A DNA stretch of 62,237 nt, the filler included, from Piptocephalis cylindrospora (Eukaryota), in the NCBI GenBank assembly GCA_003614145.1. It is 10 parts of 10 records of this genome, joined end to end, with 100 filler letters (N's around TTAATTAATTAA, not from the genome) between each part and the next. Parts side by side here need not be neighbours in the genome. Positions count along the whole stretch, not along the records: positions 18,835 to 24,982 come from KZ988314.1; positions 25,083 to 31,220 come from KZ988316.1; positions 31,321 to 37,428 come from KZ988317.1; 7 more parts are not named here. One strand, given 5' to 3'. The stretch's first letter is position 1; each line of letters opens with the position of its first letter. Positions 24,036-37,528 of the stretch are shown one piece after another. The position numbers were made by a program, and so were the translations under genes. Below the pieces are notes generated by a model that ran no database searches, was not told the DNA's origin, and saw only the letters and a program-made list of their open reading frames with translations.

Positions 24036-24619
24036 CGGGGTTATAAAGAGTAATAGAAGGTGATTTATGCGTCATTGTTGGAGGTAAAGATGCGGACGGC
24101 TGCTTGGAATCTTTTCATGTTCAATGTCCAAGGATGACTAGGCAGTAGTCTCAATGAATGGCTTTCGTTCCACATACATGCGACTTGATATATCCATTTC
24201 CATACATAAGAATAGTGGACAAGTCGTAGTGCAGGTGAATGGATGAGATGAATAGACAAGTGAGCGAAGTGATACAGACGGTATATTCTGGGTAAATGCG
24301 CGAGGCTGGTGGGTACGGGAACGATAAAGCCTCTCCTTTCTCCGACTAATCGAAAGTATTGATCAAGACCTGTAAAGCAATGTGGTCTTTAGCGCTTCCA
24401 CAGATACATGTGGTGTTTCTTTCTGGGAGATAAAAGCACCCTCATGTGCGTGCTTTAGGTGGGAGCCAGTGCCATTGTTAATGCGTGGGTACGTCACCGT
24501 TCTAAATAGCCTGGATCGATTTTGCCATGAATCCATGGCATTCGATGCAGCCCTTCTTACTCGTTCTTTCTCAGCATCCACTTCCATCATCAACATCTCC
24601 TTTAGGTGTCAGCCTTCTC

Positions 24620-24743
24620 ATGGACCTTCAGCAATTTCAACTTCCTATCAATTCCGTGTGGGATACGGGTCGGTTCAAGACCGATACGTACTACTGGCCC
24701 TGCCGATCCGGTGACCCTTCGCTCGTGATTTTGCTCATCCCTG
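24620..24743 (+). CDS. Possible first exon of a lipid-droplet-associated hydrolase (LDAH-like)
   Basis: MDLQQFQLP..TYYWP..LVILLIPG followed by a gtgagt donor; resembles the start of the IPGNPG motif. Remainder lost. Confidence 0.35.
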
Positions 24744-25082
24744 GTGAGTTCACAGCTCGTTGCTTGCATCACCTCCCCATCTCACCCGCCGGCGCCCACA
24801 TCCTGACCTCCTTCCTCTTCTCATGATTCCGACACCCCCCCCCACCTCCCCCACCCTCAGCCCAGTAACCCGCCTTTCTTCTTCCCCACCCCACAGACCT
24901 TTAGGCCCTTCGACTTTTCCACCCCCACCATCTTGTTGCCCTACAGGCACGTGTCACCACCCTTGTCCAGAAGCGTGAAACTNNNNNNNNNNNNNNNNNN
25001 NNNNNNNNNNNNNNNNNNNNNNNNNNTTAATTAATTAANNNNNNNNNNNNNNNNNNNNNNNNNNNNNNNNNNNNNNNNNNNN

Positions 25083-27510
25083 GGGAGAGGAAGGTACGGA
25101 GGATGTGAAGATAAAGCCTCACCCATCCCTCGTGGATTCGGGGTCTGGGCCGACTGGCCCGTTCCTCCGCATCATCTCCCAAGATCCCGGGGAAGACCTG
25201 ATAATCCCGATTGTCCTCCAGGCTCCCTTCTCTCCCTTGATCATTACCTTCCAGGTCCTCCATGGCCCCAGTAACCTCCATGGCCCATTCACTCACCTCC
25301 TCCAGACCCTGGCACTCCTCAAGATCCATGACCCAGCCTTGGATTCGCGTCACATATTGCTGTGTGGACCGAGAGAGACGATGGCGGAATTCGATGAAAT
25401 CCTCAATCTGCGAGTAGGCTCCATGATGGTAGGCCTGAACAATCATCTCTGGGGTATCCCGGACATTTTGCCGGTAGATCTCTCTACTTGCCCGGATGAT
25501 ATGGGATGCCGGGATAATCGTGGGGGGAAGGAGCCAAGGGAGATGATCCACAAGGAAATGGCCCAGGGTATCACACTGAATATTTTTAATCCCGAGGGAC
25601 TCGTAGAGGGTTAGGGCAGCACGCCCATTCCCAGCCAGAGTATAGGCCCGGACCAAAAGCAGCTTGATCTGGTAGCACTGAGGCTGATCTATTAATCCTG
25701 TCTCCAGGAGTCGGATGGCCCGAGGGATGATTTTATGATGATCTTCCTCCGAATACATTCCCAGCATGTTCGACCCAGCCATGTAAAGGAAGATTATGGC
25801 TGATTCATCAATACCTAATAGGGAGGGGAGGAGGTATAAGATGAGGGAGTAGAAGTATGATGAAGATGAAGATGACTCTAGGGGAAAGAAAAAGGACCTA
25901 CTCTTTAATTGAGTATAACGCCGAACATGCGATCTAGCCCGAGTCAAGCATTCGTCAAGGCAAGTATCGGGAGAAAGTACTTGGCGCAGTTTGCTCTCAT
26001 TGACTAAAGCCAAGACATGTGCGGTCTAGAGATCAGGCAGGCTAATATTTAGAAGGTGGCCGATTGTCCCTCCCCGCCAAAACTTACCTTGGATGGGTTT
26101 TGCGTAAAAAAATGGATGTGATTGGAAAGCTCCTGAAGAAACCTCTTTCGCCCCTCGCCCTCTTCAAGCAGAGCAAGGTAGGGATGAACTCGAGGGAAAC
26201 AACTTTCCTTCCCACACCACACCTTGATGTAAGCAAAAAGAAGATCAGGTAAGGTGCTTAAGCACTCCTTGGGTGTCTCCTGCGTGTTGGACTTTACCAC
26301 ACGGGAAATGGCCTCGAGTCGACCGAGAAGCATGGCAGCTTTTGAAGAAGGTGAAGTAGCCTGCTGGGCCAGGAGGATAAGTTGTTTCTCCACTCGACTC
26401 AATGCGTCCATCCGCTCTGTATCATTCATGCCTTGATGGATACAAGCCGAAAGGTACAAACGCACATATGACCACTCCTCGGGGTTGGATGAAAGCAGGG
26501 AGAGGGCCTGGTCTCTAGCTTCATCCCATTTTTGGGCCATCAGTAGAAACTCGACTTCTTTAACCGGGAATTCAGGATCAAACTTGACACGACGTGCCAA
26601 ATCTCCTCGCAATAGCTCTAATCCCTCCTGGGACTTTTGGATTCTGGTGTAAATATCAACCAGGAGCCTCAACTCCTCATGCTGCTGTAACGATCCATCC
26701 TCTTTAGCCCGTATCATGATGCGTTCAGCGAGGGTATATAGCATAGGCTTAGCCTGCTCCGAGGACTCCCTTGCCTGGAGTATGAGGCTGACCACAGCCC
26801 AAAAAGTGTATCGAGGCTTTCGGTAAGCTTTACTCATTTTAAGCGCGAGCTACCCGGAAGGCAAGAGGGGAGAGGGAGGGGGATGAGACGAGAACCCCAG
26901 AAAGATCGAAGAAAATAAGGCCTACCTGCTGCTGCTCCTTGTACCGACCCTCCCGGACAAGGGACATGAATAAGTGAGCAGGGAGCTCCTCATCCTTCAT
27001 TCGATCTGCCGTCATGGCCCTCTCGTACATTTCAGAATTTTCCCGATCTATAATCCCATAATATAAGTGAAAGGATGGTACGAGCGAGGAGATATTGCCC
27101 ATAAAAGGGATAGAAAAGGTACCTACGTGCACCAATGCCTTTATACACCATGGAGACGGGCTGGAGAATAGGGGCTTGGGTAGGTCGAGTTGAGGCGACA
27201 AAGTCGCATATGCGCCTAGCCTCCTCCTTCTCCCCCGTATGATAGGTAGCCAGTGCTTTGAGAGCCTAAGGATGGGGAGGAGAAATAATGAGCGACCCTA
27301 GTATATTCCCGCGTCCCTGTGTATATCCCAACTTACGAGGATAATCGGGGTGCTGGGGTACTTTTTCAACAGCCGGTCGCATTGGACCACTGCCTGCTTG
27401 GACTTGTAGTTGTCGATGAGATCTGCTCAGGGTGAGTGGATGAGAATGAAGGCTCAGCACTAGCAAAATAAGATGACCATACCATAGATGGCGTGAAGTT
27501 GTCTTTCCAT
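25083..27510 (-). CDS. NAA25: NatB auxiliary subunit Naa25/Mdm20, multi-exon, 3' partial
   Basis: MERQLHAIY, LFMSLVREGRYKEQQQ, RYTFWAVVSLILQA, LAERIM, LYESLGIKNIQCDTLGHF, TPEMIVQAYHHGAYSQIEDFIEFRHRLSRS. Confidence 0.92.
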
Positions 27511-28486
27511 GGTGGCAAGTGGAGGTCGCGTCGCGTGAGGAGACGCGTCAAAGGAGAAGGGAAAGGAAAGGAAAGAAGTGTCAAAAAGGATAACTTGTCG
27601 GGGCTAAAGTGCAGCTGCTGCCGCCTAAACTCATCACTTTACCCTCTCCCAAGTCCCTGCGGACAACTCTGCATCTTCCTTGTCCAAGATCATAAGCTCA
27701 TTTAAAATGCAATATCTAGAGTGAATTAATCCGGAATTGACTATCTTACTAGCGAGAAAGCCCTGAGTATATATAGAGAACGGATCTTTTAAGCACGAAT
27801 AAAGATAGGAGCAGGTGAATAGAATTCTCTAAAAATGATCTGGTCATGGCCTCTCTACACATCCTCTCCTTTACATAAAGATGCCCAGTCCTATCTCGAG
27901 TAAATTTGACGTAATAATGCAACATTAATTATTTATAGCTGTTTCGCTAATTGATTATCTTTAATCGTATCGTGCTTGGCCTACCCATTCATCCAATCTA
28001 ATGATGGTGCAGTGAGAGGTAGTACGGGCAAAGGATCGAGAGACAAAATGACCTTTTGTATGCCCGACTGTAACATCAATGTTTGCTAATGCTGAAACGG
28101 CACATTCCTAAAGGCATATTGAATATTCTATCATCCGGAAGGGGAGTTAATCATTAAATGTATATAAAGTTCATATTGCCAGGATGGATAGGCGAGTCCT
28201 CCCCTTTCTCTACTAAAAAGCCTGGATCATCTGCCTTAAACAGCCCCTGAGAGAATCTTGACCCCTTGAAATGTCATTGTATGTGTGTATCTCCATGATT
28301 TGATGTCATACAAAATAGTGGGTCCGCTACATCAGTGTCCGATGAGTTGCCGTGATTGTGTCTCTATCACTATATTCCCATAAAAACAGAGGCAGGCGTA
28401 GCCATCGCTCTTCTTTCCCCCCCCCCCAGACCAGTCGTTTATCAATCTCATCCCATTCCCCTCGACACCAGAATCTAGCAAGAGTC

Positions 28487-30643
28487 ATGGATGAACAAAT
28501 CCTCCAGTTCTCCTCCATCACCCAAGCGTCGACGGAGACGGCAAAACATTACCTGGAGATTGCTGACGGTAAACTCGAGATGGCTATGCAGCTCTTTTGG
28601 GAATCGGGTGGAGAGGACGTGGCCGGTCTGTCCCGTAGGGAGGCAGAGACGGTAAGGGATCCGGCATTGGATCCTGCCCCCGGAGATACCTCCTCAGTGA
28701 CGGCCGAGCAAGACGGGGAAGGGGAAGAGGAAGGTGAGAAGGAAGATGACGAGGCCCTTGCGCATCGGCTGCAACGGGAAGAGGAGGAGGCCAGGGACAG
28801 TAGGGTACGACGATCAGAGGAGCGAAGGAATAAGGAGAGTGCACCACCCGCCGAAAAAGAACATCGGGCACCCATTGCCGCTCATCAAGATGTCTTGATT
28901 GGCGGTGAGACCGGGGAATCGTATGGATCCATGGACCTGGACCATTCCACCTTTAATGATCTTTTAGCCGGTAAGTGCTTAAAGAAAAAAAGGTAGATTC
29001 TAGCATCTCATTTTATCCTCGTTTAGGCCGATCTACGACCGATACTAGTATTTTCGGGTCCAACCCCACCAGGCCCACTCCCTTCTCTGCATCCCACCCT
29101 GCTAGACACGTGGAGGAGGAGGAAGATGAGGAGACCCGGAGAAGGACTTCAAGACTGGAAGAACTATTTCGTCCTCCCACCGAGCTCATCCTCCCTGGCC
29201 GGGCCACCCTTGATCGAGCCAGGGAGGTGGCTAAATCCGAGGAGAAGTGGATTTTAATCAATGTCCAGGACCTTTCCAACTTCCAATGTCAAATCCTCAA
29301 TAGGGACGTGTGGAAGGACCCCGAGATGGTCGAGTTGGTCCAGGAAAATTTTGTCTTTCTTCAGGTACAATCCCTTGGTGCTGAGATTAGATGAGATCGG
29401 GTAAACCCTCATCTTCTCTGCTCCTCTCTATCTCCATGATCTAGTATATCAAGGGGAGTCGAGAGGCTGTAGAGTATGAGCGGTTCTATCAGATCACGGG
29501 TGAGCCTCACGTTGCTATCTTGGACCCATTGACTGGTAAGAACAGCAGTTTGTAAGGCCCCGAGAGACCTTTACTAGACCCTGCTAATTTCATAATACTC
29601 CCTGCCCCTCGAGTCAGGTGAGCGTCTGAGGGAATGGAATTTCCCCCTTACTCTGACACAATACTTGATTGAATGTAGGCATGGAGTGGGATAGTGAGAG
29701 ATGATTATCAGAGACGGCAAGGCTCAATCCCTACCTCACCCCTGGGCTAGTCGAGAGCTTTATGGCATCCGAAATAACGGAAGATGAGGAGGGAAAGGAG
29801 GGATCCAGTGCCGGGAGAGGCAGTAAAGGAAAGCAAAGAGCCGAGGGCGATGACGTGAATAACCCCTTGATCCTGGATAACAACACACCCCCTTCCCCCT
29901 CATCCAGCGGGAAACGTAAGGTAAGGCCTTTAGGGCGGGCCTTTTGAACTGCGCCCCAGTCTTAAGTGTCCTTCTCATCTTACCCTTTAGGCGTTCAGTG
30001 ACATGACGGAAGATGAGATGTTAGAGGCCGCCCTAGCCGCCTCAGCCAAGGAGGCAGGTTTAGATAGCCCTCCTCTTCGGGAAGAAGCAGCAACTTCCTC
30101 CAAGGCACTCTTGCTTGACCGTAAAGAAGGTATGATAGATCATGAGAAATGGAGGAAATATTTGCTTTTCATGCCCTTGCTTCGTACTCATTCCATCCCC
30201 CCCATCCCTCCTTCCCTCTCCTCCCCTTCTCCTTCCTCCCTCATAGCCGTCCCTGTATCCATGCCAGTAGAACCTCCGGCGGGCCCTGATGCCACCCGAG
30301 TGCAATTCCGTCTACCAGGTATCCCTCACATCCCTGGCAATATCCCGAGTTTATCCCAACTCATCTCCCCTCACTTTAGATGGTTCCCGGGTGGTGCGAC
30401 GCTTCCTAAAGACTGATCCCGTTCGTTATCTCTTCCATTTTATCCAACTCTCCTATCCAGATATGGAAGATTTCGAGGTAAGGACAATTGGATCATCAAG
30501 AAAGAAATAAATGCGCGCCTGCTCACTCATCTCCATATTTCCCTTAGATCATTGCTGTGCGAGAAGCCTTATCCGAGGAGATGGACAGATCCCTTGAGGA
30601 GAAACAGTTGCTCAACGCAGCCCTGACTGTTCATCCCAACTAG
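28487..30643 (+). CDS. UBX-domain Cdc48/p97 cofactor (UBA-UAS-UIM-UBX; Ubx5/UBXN7-like), multi-exon
   Basis: UBA-like QFSSITQA..AKHYLE; UAS LFRPP..KWILINVQDLSNFQCQILNRDVWKD; UIM MTEDEMLEAALAAS; UBX TRVQFRLP-DGSRVVRRFLKTDPV. Confidence 0.9.
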
Positions 30644-31320
30644 TGGTGCATGCGCGATGGATGGTACGGAAAGGGATGCACATCTATCTAGGACTATTGC
30701 TGTTGGTGCTGCTCAATGCATGATTGATACATTTATGCCCATCCTCTTTGCGCAAGTACAATTGCTCTGCTTAGTTAAGGTCAATGAAAAAGGCAACAAG
30801 AATCAGACAATGAGGATATAGTTTTCTGGAACATTGCAGTCTCTATTCTAAGCTACGGATGCAAAAATCCCGACAGAGACGACGGGACCCACACATCAAT
30901 AGGGAGGGGGTGTGACATGAGCACGAGCACCACACACGTACTACGCCAGCCGCACTCCTACTCCACCTATCCTTCACTCGATCCATGATTTAAGGAAGCG
31001 GAGTGGGAAGACAAAATGGAAACAGAGAACTATCACCACAACGAGGCGGGTGTGAAGAGATGGTGCCGCGAGTAAGCCAGATACGTCAAAATATGCATGC
31101 TTCCCGCGAGAGAAAGACACACAAACCCTGATCACATCGACAAAACACATGTGCACACACCCAACACACCACTTCCCTCCTTCAGGCTCAAACAACGACA
31201 AACAACGACCAGATACAAACNNNNNNNNNNNNNNNNNNNNNNNNNNNNNNNNNNNNNNNNNNNNTTAATTAATTAANNNNNNNNNNNNNNNNNNNNNNNN
31301 NNNNNNNNNNNNNNNNNNNN

Positions 31321-32022
31321 GGTCCTGGAAAGCTGACCAGTGCGCGAGTTTATACATCGTTGATCCGGGCTCATGGGCGACGGCGGGATCGGGAGGGGCT
31401 GGCCAGGATGACCACGAGGTTGAGGTTGGATGCTGGGGTGGAGATGGATGCTCAGCTGGGTACAACGCTCCTGGATGCACATGGATGGGTTCAAGAGATC
31501 TCAGAGCTCCTGGTCACCTGGGACTGGCTTCGGGAATCAGGATTTGCACGGGATCCAGCGAGTCTTTCAGTACTTTTGGATGCGTGTGGTCGGAACGGTC
31601 TATATGGGAAGGCGCGTAATGTGTGGACGGCCCTGGTGGAGGCACCCACGGGGAAGGAAACTGGAGTGTGCCTTGAGGAGCTAGGATCGCACTGGAAGGA
31701 AGAGGAGCTCTTGACCCCACGAACCCTGAATGCGTATGTGGAGTGTATGGCCAGGTGTCGAGACTTTGACGAGGCGCTTCATGTGCTTCAACGGGTGATG
31801 GGGCCTTCCGGTACGCTGGGACCGGCGATAAAACCCGAGGAAGAAAAGACCTTTCGACACACCCTTGCCAAGCTGTATACCCGGGTCCGACGACACCGGG
31901 GAAATGCGGGGTCAAGGGCGCTGGAAGAGTGGGTAGCGAGTAGCTTCCCCTCCTTGAGCAACCCTTTTCAATGGCCATTACAGGAGAATGTACGAGAAGA
32001 AGGAGGAGGTAGTAAGCAATGA
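31321..32022 (+). CDS. Pentatricopeptide-repeat protein, 3' fragment
   Basis: PPR-like units LIRAHGR, SLSVLLDACGRNG..ARNVW and TLNAYVECMARCRDFDEALHVL. Confidence 0.8.
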   Translation, partial: GPGKLTSARVYTSLIRAHGRRRDREGLARMTTRLRLDAGVEMDAQLGTTLLDAHGWVQEISELLVTWDWLRESGFARDPASLSVLLDACGRNGLYGKARNVWTALVEAPTGKETGVCLEELGSHWKEEELLTPRTLNAYVECMARCRDFDEALHVLQRVMGPSGTLGPAIKPEEEKTFRHTLAKLYTRVRRHRGNAGSRALEEWVASSFPSLSNPFQWPLQENVREEGGGSKQ

Positions 32023-33425
32023 CTTTTTTTTGCTCCCCTGTCTGACTTGATAATCTGATTAGGATAAACTTGCTGTATGGGATGGGCAAGTTCTCGTTTC
32101 TCCATAATGAAAGATAGAGACAGTCCTCCCCAAAACTCTTTGATGCGCGGTGATATGATCTTTCCATCCAATATTCCCGTTGAATTGGCTGGGGCGAGCT
32201 TGCACATTGTATGAGGAGCCTCCCTTGCCTTTTTCCCTCGTGTCATTCCACGATGGTGGGTGGGATGGAGAAGGAGCGGAAGACTTGCTATGAGGTGTTG
32301 GACTTGGCTAAAAAGGGGAGGGCTAGACTCCAATAGTACTGTACCAGGCAAAGTGGAAATGCCAAGCACTCTATTCTCGTATCACTCAAGTTTGACCCAG
32401 TGTGAAGGGTGATTAGAGTAGCGCTGGGTAGAGTACTTTTATGGTCTTGACCTCCCTCCCAACAACAACCCTATTGTGGTGGCACCACATTTTAAACACC
32501 TAATGGGAGAGGGAGGTGTCGACCCTCTCGCTCTAAGACAGATGTATGACCACCATTTCATCCCTCCCCCAATAAATGGCGAGATTGACAATGTTGTTGC
32601 GAGACAGGGTTTCCCCGTGAGGGAGGATCAATTGACCTGGGATTCCTTGTCCTTGAGCTGATGCGTGTGTGATGAGCGCTTCTCCAGTCTCCGCTTATTC
32701 TTGGGCTAGGTGCCGGCGAAAAAAAAGGCTAACCTTGCCCAACAACCTCTGATCCTTAGTCCAAATGATAGACCTAAATCACCCAGGCTTCTACCCGCAC
32801 CTTCCATCTTTCCTTCAAGCATGCACGTGGCTTCCACCGTTAACTTCGTTGGACCAGACCTCAGCCAAAGTGAGGCCGATCGGAGCATTCACAGACTTGG
32901 GACGGGGCAGCAGAAAGGGGGCGGACCCCAAAATCCCGCTTCAATGTCCGCTCCCTTGACTGCCATCCCTTTCGCATGTATTGCCGTTTCAACCTGCCTC
33001 ACCTCAAACCCTACACCTTAGTTCATCAGAGGGCGACGGGTCTTTAAAAGAAACAGAGAATTCTTGAGGATGGGAGGAGAGTGTTTCCCCCACCATCTCC
33101 TTCTAGTCCCACCCTTTGTTTCTCTTTGTCCTGGTGTATCCTACAGTTTCTACTGCCACCACCTGCTTGGCTACCGCTCTGCCCAGTGCTCTGACCTTCA
33201 ATTAGTCAAGGTGACGAACTCGTCCTTCCCTCTTTCCTCCCCCTTTTCCCCCCCTCCACGGCCTAGTGGATCGATTACACCATCACTGACACAAGAAACT
33301 TTAAACACTTCTTAATCCATCCCCCTTCCTTTTTATCTTCATACTAAAGGCACTCTCTTCACTGCCCTACCTCATTTTTCTTTTCAGCCCCTCTCCATTC
33401 ATATCCCCCCATCACCTCACATTTG

Positions 33426-35223
33426 ATGTCTCGATTGCACGAGGATGGCCAATATGAGCCTTCTCATTCACGTCGATCCTCCCTCCCTCTTCATCCCGTG
33501 TCTGATGGAAGTGATCAAGAGGACATTGCCATTGCTGAAGTCAGGGTTCCTTCTCCATCTCCCCTTGATAACGATACCTGGGGAAGAGGAAGTGGTCATC
33601 GAAATGGAGGGAAGAAAAAGGCATCCACTCGACCTTCGTCCCCGACCCCAGGCAGCATCCACTATCATTCATTTTCCCATTTGGATGCTGTAGCTACACC
33701 CACGGCCCACTCGGGTGTTTCTTCCTCCTCCCTCACCGATCACCCCGATCACCAGTCCCCGATTCCACTGACCCATTCCTTCACCCTTCCCAACACCTCC
33801 TCCTTCTCTCCCGCCTCCGAACCCACCTCCCCTCGTGAAGGTCATCATGAGGCTGGAAGGTCCACATACGGCATCTCTCGATCCTCGGCCTCCTCGGTCC
33901 GCGGCACCGAAATCACCTTTGATCCATCCTCCTCCACCATGCCCGGAACCACTCGATCCTCCAATCGAAGGCCCTCGGGTAATCGGCTTCCTCCACGTAT
34001 GCGTAGCTCCCTCCCCACTCAAACCTCGACGGTCCCCCGAACCCACATCCCCCTCTCCCGGATCCATCGGGAGGATCCTCCAGGACGCTTTCGTCGGACC
34101 CTCACCGCCACTGCCGCCATTTTCCTCTATCCCTTCCTGTGTTTGTGGAATTTCTGTGCCTATCTCCTCAAGTGCCTCCACCCCCCAGAGCACGAAGCCC
34201 TTCCCCGAGAACCCCTGCCATGGCAGCTCAAAGCTAGGAGAAAAGCCGAGGCCGAATCCGAGTTTGGGGAAAAGTCCTTTCATCGGAAGAGCAGTATGGG
34301 CCAATTTTGGAATTCCACCCTGGATCGGTACGAGACCTATTCCTCCGTCCAGACCACGGCTCGTCAGTATACAGAGACCGTAGGTAGCCGGTTCCGCGAA
34401 TGGAGGATCCGGAACCGTCCAGCCTTGGCTGAGTTTGCCGGAAGCACCCTCCTTGCTCTGGCTGGCTTTGGCGTCGCCACCCGTCTCAACCTTCTCTATC
34501 CCAATGAGAACCACTATGTTATCATTAAGGTTGTCTGGGGGATTACCACCATTGTGGGTCTGTACATCACCGGAGGCGTCTCTGAAGGCCACATGAACCC
34601 CGTTGTCACCTTTGCCTATTCCCTTCGAGGTCGGTTTCCTTGGCATCGCGTTCCTGCCTATCTGGTTGCCCAGCTGGTCGGGTATTTTCTCGGAGCTGCC
34701 TTGGTATTTTGGATCCACCTCCCGGAAATCCGTCGATACGACCCCAACTTCACCATCTGGGGTGAGACTCAGACCGTCACTCTCTTCCTCACTGCTCCCG
34801 CAGATTATCGCTCTCACTGGGACGAGTTCCTCTGGGAAACCCTGGTGTCCGGTGCCATGGCCCTCAATAGTTTGGCATGTGCTGATGCTCGTAATGGCTG
34901 GAAGCCTGATGCAGGCCTCAAGCCCTTTGCCCTTGGTATGGGTGTGATTTCCATTCGTGTTGCTCTTGGTAAGTCTGGTTGGACACTCGGGGTCTTTGGG
35001 TATTGCCGCGTCATCTCACCGTCACTATCCTCTCCTTTCATTCCAAGGCGGCCATTACGCATTGAACCCTGCACGTGATTTTGGTGGTCGGTTGTTTGCA
35101 TGCATTGCCTATGGCGGTGAGGCCTTTACCAGGAACAACTATTACTTCTGGATCCCCCTGGTTGGTCCGATTATTGGCGCTTTCCTTGGCACCGCCTTTT
35201 ACGCTATCTTTGTCCTTCATTAG
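33426..35223 (+). CDS. Aquaglyceroporin (MIP family) with a long Ser/Pro-rich N-terminal extension
   Basis: [30 protein letters not shown]; after an intron at about 34968-35047, [14 protein letters not shown] and [13 protein letters not shown]. Confidence 0.93.
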
Positions 35224-36005
35224 TCCCTTTGTTGACAAAAGGAGTGTCTGCTTTTCCTTCCCCCTCCCTCCCTCCCCCTTCCTCGGTTCCTTTTACGTTC
35301 GTTCACCATTATATTTCTAGTTGGACAGTCCTAGCATGATCCTTTTGTTTTTACTCTGATTGTTAATTTGAAATATTTACTGGAGCTATAATGATAAGCC
35401 CGTTTTAGCTTCCCTCAATGAGACAGGAATACCTGACTACTGCCCCGCTCAGTGTATTGACTAGGGCAAGTTTCGGGTGTGCATACACTAGCCTCTTCGC
35501 ATCTGTGTATGCAATCGGACTTTGACTTGTTCTATCGGACCCAAAAGTTTTACCCTACCTCCCTGTCAATCCTCCAAGATCATCATTCTTCTACACCCAA
35601 TCAACTCCCCTAAGTCTAACTATCATCTTCATCGCCATAGATGCTTAGGGGTCATGGGATGCCTCCTCCCACTCTTGAGGTATAGATGACCTGTCACTTT
35701 CCTCTGTCTCCCGTGTATGGTCCAGCTCGCAGGGCACCATAACCTTGCAAGGGCTCATGCTGTGACCAAGGCTGGGACCAAGGTGGACCAGATGACCTGA
35801 CCTCCTCGGATCAGAGTGCGTCATACCCTCTAATGACAACATCTGAGTATCCCCATACTTGCCGCTATTCAACCATTCCGTATAAATCATCATTGCACAT
35901 TCTCACCCCCCCCCTTCACCGGCTCATGTTCACACGTCTTTCATCCCTCTTTCCACTTCATTCCTCATCTCGAATCATCCCTTTATCCCATTCTCTTCCT
36001 TCACT

Positions 36006-36447
36006 ATGAGTAAGTGCCTTTATTCCTTCCATACAATCCGCTGTCACCTCATGTCATTCTCCCCCCTTTCCAGCCAATCCTGAACACGCCGAAGTGGGAA
36101 GAAAGGTGGATTCTCTCCTCGCCCACCGCCCCAACCGAAAGGAGCTTATTGAACGTCATGTTATCAAAGACCAATCTGTTGCCCCAGCCCTTCAGGCTGC
36201 TCGATCTGGTCTGGAGCGTGAAAGGGTCAAGGATCAATTGGAGCATCAGATTCAGAATCGTCCCACGAAAGAAGACCTTGTTGATCACAACATCCTCAAA
36301 AAAACCAATGTCTCCCCTGCTCTCCAGGCCCAAGAAAGTGCCTTGGCCCGCTCCAAGCTCGAAGATTCCCTGGAGGAAAAGATCAAGGATAGGCCTACTG
36401 CAGATGACTTGGTCAATCGTCACATCCTTGAGGAATCTTCCAAGTAA
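36006..36447 (+). CDS. Small RPEL-repeat protein (3 repeats)
   Basis: A micro-exon ATGA/gtaagt, then LAHRPNRKELIERHVI, IQNRPTKEDLVDHNIL and IKDRPTADDLVNRHIL. Confidence 0.9.
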
Positions 36448-36803
36448 CTTGCTTATTGTCACTTATCATCCAGTATTTGAGATGATGATATGACAGGTTA
36501 AATGGGGTGAGTCTTTTAAACGCTACCTCCGTTTCCTTTGTCCAAACCATCATATGGACCATTCATGGGCCAACTCTCGTCTTTTTTATGTGATTGAATG
36601 CCTCTATCTTCTTTCCAGCTCTTCGTGTCAAGGCTCAATAGCACCATGAGCATCTTTCAGTATCATTGTCCCTGTAATCCCTTCCTCTTCCTCTTCCATC
36701 TCCAGGATGCATGCACTCGCTACACGAATAAATGGGAGAAAAAATGACCACATTATCTCCATTGCAGTTATCTTACGCTCAGGAGGCCATACCATCCTAC
36801 TCC

Positions 36804-37259
36804 CTAGAAAGGAAAGGCTGTAGGCCTGGATGCGCCGAATAGATCGTCATGAGTTCCCCCTCTTCCAAACTCCCCTCCGAATTCAGAGTCAGAAAAACCT
36901 CGCGTAGAAGTAGCCATATCATTTCCTGATGTGGCTGTGACCGTGACATATACTGTGGATGGAGCATTTGCATCAGCTGGATTCCCACCATTTGCCACGA
37001 TCTCTTCTTCCCTTTTCGCCTGCTGCTTCAGTCGAGTTTCCTCCTCAGCATTCTGCAAGTTCATCTGGTCCCTTCGGAGGTCCGCCACTCGCTCCCTCTC
37101 CCGTTCCAATCGCTCTCGCGTTATTCCCTTAATTTCACCGGTGGATAGAGTAAATTTGGGCTTGCTATCATAATCACTTGACCTTAGTGGGCTTTGTCGG
37201 CTTGCCTCTGGAAGGAGTGTGAAGATGACAGTACATACGCAGAGGGTAAGTAGTCTCAT
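36804..37259 (-). CDS. Putative small secreted protein
   Basis: Signal-peptide-like MRLLTLCVCTVIFTLLPEA, then a charged helix and a Thr-rich STVYVTVTAT segment. Confidence 0.55.
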   Translation of the reverse strand: MRLLTLCVCTVIFTLLPEASRQSPLRSSDYDSKPKFTLSTGEIKGITRERLERERERVADLRRDQMNLQNAEEETRLKQQAKREEEIVANGGNPADANAPSTVYVTVTATSGNDMATSTRGFSDSEFGGEFGRGGTHDDLFGASRPTAFPF

Positions 37260-37528
37260 TGTTGTTGCAGGTAATGTTTGTGGAAGAGGGGGGGGGCGGG
37301 CCACCCCCCAGCGCCGAAGTGAAACCTGTGAGCGGATGGGCGGTAAGGTGTTTGTTGTGTTTTTTGTGCCCCAAAAGATAGGGTGGGGGGGGGGGGGGGG
37401 GGGGGGGGGGGGGTGAAGATGAGAAGACNNNNNNNNNNNNNNNNNNNNNNNNNNNNNNNNNNNNNNNNNNNNTTAATTAATTAANNNNNNNNNNNNNNNN
37501 NNNNNNNNNNNNNNNNNNNNNNNNNNNN

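Noticed and set aside
33669..34817. Long antisense or alternate-frame ORFs over the aquaglyceroporin, and similarly over PPG1, CBF5 and TAZ1
   Set aside because: Explained by GC3-rich codon bias; no recognisable domains.
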